Assembly: GCF_018350175.1 (NCBI RefSeq)
Contig: NC_058368.1
Span: 108,998,001-109,062,000, forward strand
Origin: Felis catus
Taxonomy: Eukaryota
Direction: 5' to 3'
Length of the DNA stretch: 64,000 bases
Below, one piece after another: positions 10,170 through 22,298 of this stretch. The notes under the pieces were generated by a model, which had not been told where the DNA came from, did not search any database, and was given only the letters and a program-made list of their open reading frames with translations. A program made the position numbers and the translations under genes. Every line of letters starts with the position of its first letter. Position 1 is the stretch's first letter.

Positions 10170-10760
10170 TGCATAACTCTTATTCCTAGGACGCATCCCT
10201 CTCTCCTAGGGTGTGATTCTTCTGGGAGGGACTCAGCTGAAAACCTGGGTGTTTACCAAAGACTCTTCACCTCGGCAGAACATGAATTCCAATTGGTGTC
10301 CCTAACATGTTGAAGCTGCTAAAACTATTGCTCAGTTCTTTACCCTCAAGCTGCTGTTTAGAAATAGGCCAATAAATTCAAAAGAATTTGTTCACTGGGC
10401 TCCTTCTCTGATATATCCTCCTTTCCACAGTCCTCTGTCCCTAAGTCCTAGTCTGTTTGGCATTCCTGAACTCCAACCTCCCTATCCCCAGTCTGGTAAG
10501 ACTCATGCTTTCTGCTTGGTCTTCTCTCCCACCCATGCAACCATGTATGAAACGCCCCCAGAGAAAATGCCAGGGTAAATGTGGAACTCACTGCACATTA
10601 TTCCCTTTATTCAAGGACCATAATCCTTCAATTCTTACCTATACTGGTTGTTCTCCAATGCCCTCAAATATTAGTTTTATCTATCTTGTCCAATTTTCAT
10701 AGTTGTTTTTGGCAGGAGGATTAATACAGCTTACCATTATGACCAGAAATAGAAACTTTA
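10170..10760 (-). mobile_element. Old L1M 5' end fragment
   Basis: Its reverse complement aligns by eye with the plus-strand L1 5' end starting near 10930. Confidence 0.55.
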
Positions 10761-11359
10761 TTCAGTATAATTCTGATGACAGATTAGAAAAAACTGGAAA
10801 TAGGTAAGCCCCTAGTGGCCCAGCTGCTTTCACTAAATCTTAGATACTTACACATGTGGCATCTGATCCACATCCTGAATTAGAGCTCCCTATTTTCCTT
10901 TCCTTTCCCTTCTTCTTTTAAACTTTTATTGGATTCCAATCATGACTGAGTAATTGGTAATAAACTTACTTCCCTAATGTAAACAACTATAAAACTAGAT
11001 AAGACATTTATAGCAACTGATTACAGGCATTAGACATCAAATAGCCTTCATCCTTGAGAAGGAAAACACAAGGTGAATTCCACATTCACTAAAGTTCTTT
11101 GCCTGAGGCACTTTCCAAACTATAGTAGAGAGAAGTGGACCCCAAATGGTTCAGTGGTCTCACTGAGTAGAGGAAACAGATATCAAAGATAAGAGATGAT
11201 GAATTGGCTGAATTTGTGGGGCAGGGCATCAAAGAGAAGGTAACCACATGGAGAAGGAGCACTAGAAATACGCCTAGAAGTTGTCTTGAGATTTTGTCTA
11301 AATTGCACATGTGCAGGGAAAGGATTCATAAGGACTGGTGGCTTAAAAACTCTGGGTTT

Positions 11360-11568
11360 GAGAGAGCCAAAGCATAAGAGACTCTTAAAAACCGAGAACA
11401 AACTGAGGGTTGATGGGGGATGGGAGGGAGGGGAGGGTGGGTGATGGGTATGGAGGAGGGCACCTTTTGGGATGAGCACTGGGTGTTGTATGGAAACCAA
11501 TTTGACAATAAATTTCATATATTGAAAAAAATAAATACATAAATAAATAAACATTTAAAAATTAAAAG
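11360..11568 (+). mobile_element. 5'-truncated young felid L1 (L1_Fc-type 3' end)
   Basis: cataagagactcttaaaaaccgagaacaaactgagggttgatggggg...gggatgagcactgggtgttgtatggaaacc; target-site duplication aaaaactctgggt at 11345-11357 and 11569-11581. Confidence 0.9.
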
Positions 11569-11587
11569 AAAAACTCTGGGTCTGTGT

Positions 11588-11730
11588 GGTGCCTGGCTGA
11601 CTCAATCGGTGGGCCAAGTGACTCTTGATGTTGGGGTCGTGAGTTTGAGCTCCATGTTGGGTATGGAGACTACTTAAAAAAAAAACAAAAAACAAAAAAC
11701 AAAAAAACAAAACAAAACAACAACAACAAA
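11588..11730 (+). mobile_element. Short tRNA-head Can-SINE with A/CAAAA tail
   Basis: ggtgcctggctgactcaatcggt...gagactacttaaaaaa. Confidence 0.85.
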
Positions 11731-12887
11731 AACTATAGGTCTATGAAGTAATGGGGATTCCAGAAGCCACACAGTGATAAGACATGTTCTGGCCAGCCAG
11801 AGTGGAAAGACTTTGCTGAATACCCTGAACATTTAATTAAAATCATAGAAAGTCCATGTCTCAGGAATAGAACTAATCTAGCCATTTTGTATGCCCTACT
11901 TTACACTCACCTTAACAAAGCCTAAAATCAAGCCTCAACAGGATCATATCAAGCCTTAAGTAAATTTACTGCCTAACAAAACAAACTCAATGTTCTGTAA
12001 AGGAGACAGCATAATCTGGACTCTCAACAATTCCCAGAATACAATCAAATATTGCCAGGCACATGAAGAAGCAGGAAAATGTAATTCATAACCAGAGAAA
12101 AAATAATGAAGAGAAACAGATCCAGAGATAATAGAGATACTGGAATTAGTGGATGAGGACTTTAAAACAGCTATTGTAATATATCCAAGAATTTTAAATG
12201 CCAAGATGGATATAATAAATATACAGATGAATCATCTCAGCAGAAAAATGAAAATTAAAATTTTACTAGATAGGCTTAAGAGTAGACAGGACACTGAAAA
12301 AAATATTTCAGTGAACTTGAAGTCAAGTCAATAGAAACTATCTAAATGGAAACACAGGGAAACATATACAATAGAAAGAAAAAGAGCTAAAAACAGAAAA
12401 CAAACAAACAAACAAACAAAAAAAAAAAACAAGAGAACCTCAGTGAAATGACATTGAGACAATATCAAGCCATCTAATATACATAAAAGTGGAGTCCCAG
12501 AAGAGGAGAGATTGAAGCAAAATTAAAAAGAAAAAAAAAGGAACTGAAATTCTAAATTTGGTTGTAAAAATTTTTAACTCGCCATTGCAAGAAGTTTAGG
12601 ATTATAAAACCCCAAATGGGATAAAGACAAAGGAAACCACACCTAGGTGTACTATAGCCAAAGATCTTAAAACCTAAGACAACATCTTTAAAACAATGAA
12701 AAAACACATTACATTAAGAGTAACAATGATAAGGATTACTATTTTCCTTTCATCAGAAATAAAGAATGCCAAAAAATGTGGAAACAAAGAACGATATATT
12801 AAATATTAAACATGCTAGGAAGAAAAAAAAAAAAAACCAACCTAGAATTCCATATCCAGGGAAAAAATCTTTAAAAAGGGAAGGAGA

Positions 12888-13105
12888 GGAGCATCTGGGT
12901 AGCTAGGTTGGTTGAGCCCCCGTCTCTTGATTTTGGCTCAGATCATGATTCCAGGGTCATGCAACTGAGCCTCACATCTCCTGGGGCTCCTGCTGAGCAT
13001 GGAGCCTGTTTAAGATTCTCTCTCTCCCTCTGCCCCCCTCTTCCCCTCGTGCACGCATGCATGCATGTGTGTGCGTGCTCTCTCTTCCTCTGATTAAATA
13101 AATAA
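12888..13105 (+). mobile_element. Can-SINE (older)
   Basis: Diverged head, ggagcctgtttaagattctctct, tail. Confidence 0.9.
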
Positions 13106-13154
13106 GGAAGGAGAAATAAAGATATTTTTAGATTAATTTTAAAAAAAGCTGAGA

Positions 13155-13385
13155 GGGGCGCCTGGGTGGCACAGTCGGTTAAGCGTCCGACTTCAGCCAG
13201 GTCATGATCTCGCGGTCCGTGAGTTCGAGCCCCGCGTCGGGCTCTGGGCTGATGGCTCAGAGCCTGGAGCCTGTTTCCGATTCTGTGTCTCCCTCTCTCT
13301 CTGCCCCTCCCCTGTTCATGCTCTGTCTCTCTCTGTCCCAAAAATAAATAAACGGTGAAAAAAAAAATTAAAAAAAAAAAAAAAA
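13155..13385 (+). mobile_element. Very young SINEC_Fc
   Basis: CpGs intact, long pure A tail, perfect duplication aaaaaaagctgaga. Confidence 0.97.
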
Positions 13386-14114
13386 GCTGAGAGAATTCAT
13401 CATCTGTGGACCTGCACTACCAGAAATTATTGAGGCTGAAAAGAAGTGATACGTAACAGAAATTTGGCTCTAAAAAAAGGAACAAAGACTATTAGTAAAT
13501 ATAGTAAGTAAATATAAAATGGGTTTTTTCTTAAATTATTTAAGAAAACTTAGCAAAAATAGTAACTATGTATTACAGAGTTGATAACATTTGTAGAAGT
13601 TAATGTACCAGGACACGAACATTAAGGAAGAGAGGAAAAAAAGGAAGTATGTTATTGCAAGGTTCTTACATTATATAAGAAGCAATGTTTATCCTTCATT
13701 CCTTGCCTTTATTTTCCATTTTATTATCCTCATTCCTCCACTTACAAATACAATACAAGTTTATTTATATAAAATTACTATTAAAAATAAAACTTAATCA
13801 AAATTCAAAATTAAAATACTTAACAGAAAATGTAAATTTCCCAAAGTGCTATTGTCAGCAACTAACAACTATCAAGAGTTTACAGTATGTTTCTGATACT
13901 TTTTATCCATATGTAATAGGAAAATATATTTAAAATGTTTACCTTGATGAAAAAGATGTTTATTATAAAAATATTTATCTCTATTTTCTACCAGCCCATG
14001 TGTTTAAGTATACAAAAAAATAGTTTATAAAAATACATTGGAAATATTGTATATCAATTTGTAAGTCATTTTATAGTGTGGAGAAGTATATAGTATGTAG
14101 GATTATCACCATTT

Positions 14115-14316
14115 AAGAAAACTTTTTTTAATGTTTATTTATTGTTTAGAAACTGACTGAGTGCACGTGGGGGAGGGGCAGAGAGGGAGACACAGAATCT
14201 GAAGCAGCTCCAGGCTCTGAGCTTTCAGCCTGACATGGGGCTCAAACCCATAAACCGTGAGATCACGACCTGAGCCAAATTCAGACACTTAAGTGACTGA
14301 GCCACCCAGGCACCCC
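14115..14316 (-). mobile_element. Can-SINE
   Basis: Reverse-complement head; duplication ggattat(c/a)accattt. Confidence 0.93.
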
Positions 14317-14570
14317 GGATTATAACCATTTTTTGTGTGTGTAGATAATAAATGGCCCCAACCTGATTTACTGAATAAACTACTCCTTATCCTCTAAATT
14401 AAGATGTTTCCTTTATCACTTACATTGAGCTCCCCTTTTGTTCTCCTGATGTATTTTTTCCTGTGGTTCCACCACATTCTAAACTACTTTAGCTTTATCA
14501 CTCACTTAGATGCCTATAAGGGCAAATCTTAGTTTATTAGTCTTTTAATCCAATTTTTGGTTTTTCATCC

Positions 14571-15256
14571 TCTTTTTGTGTTCCCAAACTCAGTTCCAAT
14601 GTGGAAGGATTCCCCTCCAACACAATACCAAGCAATGCTCAGACACCAGCAGGATGTCCAAGAATTCAACTCAATTCTGACATTAACTACCCAGAGATAG
14701 CATGAGATTCCACAGATCAAGGGCTCAGTCCTATCCGACTGCCCTCCTCCCAGATACACAGGGCAAGGTATGGGGAAAGGGTGCAGAGCTTCCAGGCCCT
14801 CTCCAGGAACGCCACTCTCGCCCATCTCCATGTGTTCACCACACAGAAGCTCTCAGAACCTAGTGCTTTTGGCTTTTTATGGAGGCTTCATTGCATAGCC
14901 ATGATTGACTAAGTCATTGATCATAGGCTGCTTTAACCTGTCCCTCTCCCCTCTCTGCTTCCCAGAGGTGGAGAAGGGGTGGAATTGAAGGTTCCAGTCT
15001 TCTAATCCTATACTTTGTCCTCCTAGCAACTAGTGCCCCTTCTGCCCCCCACCCCCACCCTTGGGTAGAAAGCAAAAGTAACCTTCGTTAACATAACAAA
15101 AGACACACACATTTATCACTTTTATTGCAGGAAATTCCTAGGGTTCTAGGAGGTGTGAGCCAGGAACACTGGATGAAAACCAGATACAAATGCGAAATAT
15201 ATTTCAGTAATCTGAATGACAAAACATATATTTTTTTTATAAATTGCAATATCACA
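14571..15256 (-). mobile_element. Solo LTR, MER21-like
   Basis: Minus strand starts TGTGATATTG; MER21-like motifs (aattcaactcaattctgaca, aagggctcagtcc, tttttatggaggcttcatt); 5-bp duplication catcc at 14566-14570 and 15257-15261. Confidence 0.75.
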
Positions 15257-15398
15257 CATCCATATTTACTCTTTCAGTTGAGCCTCAGCGTCATCTTGTC
15301 CATTTTTCCCACCCAAATGAAGTTTGATTGGAATTGCGCTTTAAATTATTAAATTTAAAATGTTGAGTTTTCCAGGCATGTAACATACGTGTCTATTT

Positions 15399-15845
15399 GT
15401 TTTAAGTTTATTTATTTATTTTGAGAAAGAGAGAGAAAGAAAGAGAGCACAACTGGAGGGGCAGAGAACAAAGGAGAGAGAAAATCCCAAACAGGCTCTG
15501 CCCTGTCAGCACGGAGCCTGATGCAGGGCTGGAACCCACGAACTGAACTGAGAGATCATGACCTGAGCTTAAATCAAGAGTCAGCCTCTTAAGGGGTGCC
15601 TGGGTGGCTCAGTCAGTTAAGCGTCTGACTTTGGCTCAGGTCATGATCTCGCACTCCATGAGTTTGAGCCATGCATCAGGCTCTGTACTGACAGCTCAGA
15701 GCCTGGAGCCTGCTTCAGATTCTGGGTCTCCCTCTCTCTGACCCTCCCCCATTCATGCTGTCTCTCCCTGTCTCAAAAATAAATAAACGTTAAAATAAAA
15801 ATTAAAGAGCCAGCCTCTTAACCAACTGAGCCACCCAGGCGCCTC
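15399..15845 (-). mobile_element. Can-SINE split by a nested plus-strand SINE
   Basis: Body 15399-15592 and head 15822-15845; outer duplication acata(c/t)gtgtctattt. Confidence 0.9.
15593..15804 (+). mobile_element. Nested Can-SINE
   Basis: Duplication aagag(t/c)cagcctcttaa at 15576-15592 and 15805-15821. Confidence 0.95.
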
Positions 15846-16362
15846 AGACATATGTGTCTATTTATTTTTCTTTTATATCTATCCTAGAGCGAAGATTATA
15901 TGCCTTTCATGTGTCCAAGTGAGTTTCTAGATATTTCTCATGAGTCACTGTGAGTGTGAATGGTAAATTATTTTCATCATATTTTCTAAGTTGCAACTTG
16001 ACACTTTTAAAAACTATTAAAATCTATATACATATACAAACTTATCATATTCTGCTCCACCTGACTTGATCCCCCTACTAATTATAATAGTTTTCAACCA
16101 ATTCTCCTGGATTTTATGGAGGCACAATCACAATATCATCTGCCAGTAATGATCATTTTGACTCTATTAATTATTTCTTTTACTTAACCATTATTTCTTT
16201 TTCTCACCTTTTTGTCACCTTTAGGATATCCAGAGAAATACTGTGCAAATACAATACAGGGTAGTGAAAGGGACATTGTTTGGATCTTGACATTAATGGA
16301 AATTTTATAGTGTTGAGTCCAGTATTGGCTTTTGCTTTCCAATACACATTCTTTAAAATGCT

Positions 16363-16597
16363 GGGGTGCCTGGGTGGCTCAGTCAGTTAAGCGTCCAGCT
16401 TCGGCTCCGGGCATGATCTCCCGGATCGTGAGTTGGAGCCCCGCGTCAGGTTCCATGCTGACAGCTCAGAGCCTGGAGCCTGCTCTGGATTCAGTGTCTC
16501 CCTTTCTCTCTGCCCCTTCCCTGCTTACGTTCTCTCTCTTTCTCTCACTCTCTCAAAAATAAATAAACATTTTAAAAAATTAAAAAATAAAATAAAA
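16363..16597 (+). mobile_element. Can-SINE
   Basis: Typical head, CT tract and tail. Confidence 0.95.
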
Positions 16598-18064
16598 CGC
16601 TAAGAACATTTCCTTCTCTTCATGATTTTCCAACTGTTTACTGTGAATGATTGGTAAATTTAATCAAATGTCTTTTGAGGGTTTCTTTTCTTTCCTTTTA
16701 AACTATTAATCAATGGATTTTGTAATATTAAACTAACCTTGTAGTCTGGGAAAATCACCAAGTTGGTAACTATTTTAACATACTATGGAAGCCAGTTTGT
16801 TATATTCACATATTTGATGGACCTGTCATTTTCTTGCAGGGATTCTATCTTGGTGGTAGGATAATAAATAGATCTTCACAAGATTATGGACGCTCTCCAT
16901 CTCTGCCTGGCTCTGGAACATCACGGTTCTCTGAGGGAGACTGTTTGTGCTCCTTCTTTGGGCCAACAGTGCTTCATGCTTGAATGCCGATTGTCACAGC
17001 CCTTTGTGGTCAGCTAACCCTGGACACAGCTACTTCTCAGGGTCTGCTGGTCCCAGAGTTCTGGGCAGTGCCCATTCCAACACTTGGTGCATTCCTAGTC
17101 CAGACCTGCCATTTTCTCTTCCTCTTCTCTGAAATGAGACAGTTCTTGTTTAATTCTCAGCCCATAGAAGTTGTCATTAGATGTTCTTTTGAAGTGACCC
17201 TGGCTTCTCATGTGGGAGAGGCATGTCCCCTCCCCATTGCTTAGGCAAGACTGCCTTCCCACAAATTCGGTGGTCTCACAGGCAGCAAACAATCTGATCA
17301 GGTGTCCTTTCAGTGGGGGTTCAAGTCACATATATGCTTTTGCCATTGTGAGCGGGTATGAGAGATGTGGGGTGTGAGTGCAGCCCCTGCCTCTGAGGGT
17401 TCTGCCTCCCACTGCGTGCTGCCAAGCCTGGGTCTGCACGGCTACGGACCTAGCCTTGGAAGGGAAAGTAAGTGGAAAAGGATTTTGAAGATTCTTGGAA
17501 GCCAAGAAAATAGCCACCCAGGACATGAGACTGCCCATGGGCCTGGAGTAGCCTCAGCCCAGCTTCACCCTTGCAGGCCTGGATCTAGCTCTTCCTGCTC
17601 TAATCCCCATGGCCCCTTGCACCTGGATTCCCAGACTCCTGGGCCAGCTGGCAGCTGCTACACTCTGGTGGCAGAGCTCTGTCCCCACTCTCCCAGCAAC
17701 ACAGGCGGCCAGGCTCACACCAGGTGGCCACAGCTGGGGTGTCCTATGGCCAGGCCCGGAGGTGAGGTCAGTTAGAACATTCCTGCCAGCCGGATGATTC
17801 AGCCACGAGAGGAACCACAGGCACCACTGGGCAGTGCTGTGTACCTCTGGCAGGACACTTCACTGAGACCAATCAGTGACTAAAGGACCTGGTGCTTTAA
17901 GGCAGCCATAAGTCATAGGACGGGGCTGGAAGGACAGGCTGGAGACAGGCCTAGGCTGGCTGGGCTCCCAATGAAGCCTTTGCTGCCTTCACTAATCTCA
18001 TTGTGGTCCCCAAGACCCCTCAGAGCAGGGGACAGAGTCAAACCTACACCAACGAGAAAATCAT

Positions 18065-18395
18065 GGGGTGCATCTGGCTGGCTCAGTAGAGCATGCAATT
18101 CTCGGTCTCAGGGTCATGAGTTCCAGCCCCTTGTTGGGTGTAGAGATTACTTAAAAAAATAAAGGGGCACCTGAGTGGCTCAGTTGGTTAAGCATTCTAC
18201 TCTTCATTTCAGCCCAGGTCATGATCTCATGGTTCGTGAGATGGAGACCCACATCGAGCTCTGTACTGACTGCATGGAGCCTGCTTAGGATTCTCCCTCT
18301 TTCTCTACCCCTCCCCCCACTTGTGCTCGCCCTGTTTTCCTCAAAATAAGTAAACAAAAACTTTTTTAAAAATTTAAAAATAATGAAAAATAAAA
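18065..18395 (+). mobile_element. Short tRNA-head SINE (18065-18162) followed directly by a full Can-SINE (18164-18395)
   Basis: Two SINE heads; the second begins in the A tail of the first. Confidence 0.9.
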
Positions 18396-18658
18396 TTCAT
18401 GAGAGATGGGGACTGTGGAGGTCTAGCCTGAGGAAGTGGGCCAGGAAGTCTAGAATTTGAATCTTTGAAGTTATCTACAAATGATGCTGTACATTTTGTG
18501 TGTGTGTGTTACAAACATTTAATTGTGCAGTACTCAGGGCTAAAACAGTACCTGACACATAAAAGGCTCCTAAAACTATTTGAATATTTTATTAAGTAGA
18601 ACTGAATAAAAAATTTTGTTGAATAAGTGAGCAAAGCATAAACAGCATAGGCCAGGCA

Positions 18659-18850
18659 GGGGCACCCAGGTGGCTCAGTCCGTTAAGCATTGGCTGCTTG
18701 ATTTCAGCTCCGAGCCCAGTCTGGGTCTCAATCCCACGAGCCCTGAAATGATGACCTGAACTAGGGCCTGCTTGGGATTCTCTATCTCCTTCTCTCTCTC
18801 TCTCTCTCAACACACACACACAATAAACAAATAAACATTAAAAAATAAAC
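18659..18850 (+). mobile_element. Can-SINE with rearranged middle
   Basis: Normal head and tail; the middle contains an inverted piece (atgacctga); flanking ataggcca. Confidence 0.85.
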
Positions 18851-21800
18851 AACATAGGCCATAACTCTTAAAACACTATTTTTACTTTACTTTCATTTTT
18901 ATGTTTCTGGAAGCCTAGAGATATGGAAGTGGCCTGGATCTCTCTAGCTCTTTAAGAGGTCCTGGATATCAGCACTAGAGGTCAGGAAGAGGAGGAGGGT
19001 CCTCAGCCCAGAGATCTAAGTGCCCTGGGAGGCCACTTCTGAATGAGTCTGTGAATATGTGAACTGGGGCGGGGCTCCAATCCAGGCCTAGGCAGTGAGT
19101 CCCAAACTGACAGATGAGTGGTGGTGTGTGTATAAGGAGCCCCAGTATCTAGATTCCACACACCCCATGCTTGTTTCCTCTTTGTTATCCCTTCGCCTTT
19201 GGTGGAGCCTTACTCACACCTGACAGCCATGTCTCCCTCCCTGACCTGAGAAGGGGAGGGTCCTGCATCCCTGCTTGTGCCAGAGCATGGTGATGGTCAG
19301 GCCGAAGCCACGAGTCTCCAAGGCACAGAATGAGCACATAGTCCATGCTCCGCGATTCTTCTGCTGCTCCGCCTGGAGGAGCTGATTTATAAAAGGAGGC
19401 TCCTTCTCTGCAAAGAGATCAGCATGGTTGGCTGATAGAAGTCCTCAACTGTCAGGGGAAGCTGGAAACCTACGAACCCCTGGGTCGGGCTTTTCTATGG
19501 AGGATACAGGTAGAAGTGAGCCATCTGGTGCCAGGGGAGGCTGGGTAATCTAGGGCAGGCTGCCTGCACAACTCGAGCCTGAATGACAAGTAGGATAGAA
19601 GGTAAGAATGGAGGTAACCTTGTGGCAGAGCAAAACCATGGTGCCTTTATAAGCTGCCTTCTTGAGGCCCCATCTGCACAACACTCAATCCCACTCAATC
19701 TCACTGCCACCGCCAACAGCCTGTTTTGTCACTTCCCTGCCTGGGCTGGCTGAGCTGCCCTCTGGCTCTCCCGCTGTCTGCTGCTTCCCCCTTGTGTGTG
19801 ATGCCACTCCTCCCAACACCCTCCACTCCCAAGCCTCAGGGCCAGGGCCTCCCTGGGCCCAGCTGGGTAAACCTGCCCCTGCCCTGCTGCCTGGCAGCCC
19901 CTTTGTTGGGACCCAGAGCAGACAGGTTTTCTCTGTGAAAATAGACACAAAGCAGGTCTGACAGGGGTGCTGTTGGAGGTTGTCAGTAGGACTCAGACAC
20001 ATCCAGTCCCTGCTGCAAAAGGCATGGCATAAAGCCATGAGGGCAGGGTCTTAAGCTCCAGATGAACTGCTTAGAAGCTGTGTCACCTTGAGGTGGTCAC
20101 TCACCCTCCCCAAGGCTCAGTCTCCTAACAGGAATTGGTTCTGCTTTTGTGTCTGGCGTGGAATTTGGCTCAGACCCAGGAAATCAGCTTCAGTTGTTAG
20201 AGTCAGCTCTGTCCCTGTTTGGACTCTCAGAGACTGACTCCCTCTGGAGACACTAGCTCTCAGCCCCCAGAGGAGACCCAGCAGGGTGGGGAGTCACCAT
20301 CCCACTTCCAAGTCCAGTTAATCAAGTCTAGGCTACACACACAGCAGGTACTCCGTAAGTGTTTGTTGAGGGATCAAATAGCACAAAACTAGAGCTGGGA
20401 AACTCCCTTGGTCACAGGCACGCCCTCCCCTACATGTTCTGTGGCACCAAACACAGCTCAAAGGCCAGCTTTGTTGCCTCCTTGACTGAGTCCTGTCAAC
20501 CTCAGCTCTCAGCTCACCTCACAGGCTACACAACCCCACATTTCCTTTTGTATAGTGCCTGCTGTCCATGCTCCTGGCTGCCTCTGCTCCTTTCAGAGCC
20601 CTTCAAACCCTGCCTCAGGCCTGTCCAGGCTCCCTATTACTGTAGGCTCAAGTCCTAGCCCTACAGAAGGCCCGCACAGTCCCTCCTCATCCAGCCTTGC
20701 CACATGTTGCTGTTCTCTCCATCCTACAGACTCTCAGAGTCCTGGTCTTGACTAGCAGGTCTCTTGGAGAGCAGACCTCTGGGTGACCAGAAGCTATGGG
20801 GCCTGGAGCCAGGTCAAACAGGCCACCCTAAAATGGGGGCTTCTCAGGTTCTTCCTTGGCTGTCCTCTGGGGCCCTGCAGTGGTCAGTACTGTGGACTGG
20901 GTGTCTGGTAAAGAGGGGATGCCTGTTCAGGGATTTAAATCCCCTTGGAATCCAGACTATTGACTGGGGAGAGGGAGCTGGGCCTTCAGGAAGAGATGCA
21001 TTGGCCTGAGGAGCTGAGTCTGAATGGGCAAGACTCCATCCAGAGACCTATGGCCACTGGACCAGGATGGCGCGGGTCAAGGTCTGAGCTTTATGACCAA
21101 CCTCTAGCAACCTCACAGGAAGGTATCCTCATGGGATGCTCCACTACCTTCACTCTACCCCCACCCAGGTCCGCTTCCTACGCTGGGCACTCCCTAGGTT
21201 GGCCTCACCCTCAGTCTGAGGTTGTTCTTGTCCTAGAACTTCCCTCCCCCTTCCCCTCACCTCAGCCCCAAGGGCATCTTCCAGAGGTTTCTTCTCCTGC
21301 TGGAGCTTGCCAGCCCATTGAGGAAAAAGCATTGTGGTTTCTCCTGACCTTGGACAGACCTGACTGTTCACAGAGGACCTGGGCATAATGCCTGAGCCAC
21401 TTGGAGCCCCTGAAGGACAGCGTCACTGAGTGTGGACTCCAGGGCAGCAGAGGCAGAAGTCTTCCTGCTTCTTGGCCCCTCATGCCCTCCCTGCTTCTCT
21501 CTGGGTAGTGGCCAAGGGGTGAGCTGAGATTATAGTTCCTATAACAATGATAATGCTATTTAATAGCAAATGTTTTTGAACACACTCTGTGTGCCAGGTG
21601 CTCTGCTGGGTGCTGGAGAAACATAAATAAATAAGATAGACACAGCCCCTGCCCCCATGGATGCCTTGATCCCAGCTCTGGGCAGGCACTGGCCATGGCA
21701 TATGAAAAGCACTCAGTACATATTTGTTGAATGCATAGAGAATGCATGAAATGAATAGTCTGGTTATACCCAACACAGATGCCTGTGGTGGTGTGTAATG

Positions 21801-22096
21801 AGCAAGTGAAGTCCACTAGAGCAGAGGTGAGGTATGATCCAGCTGCCACCCATCTCCACCTTGGAGAGGACTCCCAGACCCTATAATTGCCACTTGACAT
21901 GGTGCCCTACATGATAGGGATTCAGTAACACAGCACCCCCCAGGAACAACACCATTAAGAGTGAAATGAAATTCTGAGGGCTTCCTGGAGGAAGTATCAG
22001 GGACGGGTTGGAAGCAGCTTGTCTGACCTACTACTCAGGACACAGGGTACCTCAGGAGTGAAACCACAGTGTGGCTCTTAAGAAGGTCTGCCCCTA

Positions 22097-22298
22097 GGGG
22101 TGCCTGGGTGTCTCAGTCAGTTAAATGTCTGACCCAACTGCAGCACATGTCATGATCTCACAGTGTGTGAGTTCAAGCTCTGTGTTAGGCTCTGCACTGT
22201 CAGTGTGGAGGCTGCTTGTCAGTCTCTCTCTCTCCCCTCTCTCTCGGGCTTGCTCTCTCTCTCAAAATAAATAAATATACTTAAAAAAAAAAAAAAAA
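22097..22298 (+). mobile_element. Can-SINE
   Basis: Typical head and A tail. Confidence 0.93.

Larger units (their letters stand above)
10930..13690 (+). mobile_element. Old L1M 5' UTR and ORF1 remnant, interrupted by younger insertions
   Basis: A-rich ORF1-like sequence (gaggactttaaaacagctatt, cagtgaacttgaag, ggagtcccagaagaggagag, cacacctagg, acctagaattccatatccag). Confidence 0.75.

Noticed and set aside
10805..10822. CTCF-like GGCCACTAGGGGCT (also CCTCTAGGGGCAC near 55725)
   Set aside because: One base short of the core spacing.
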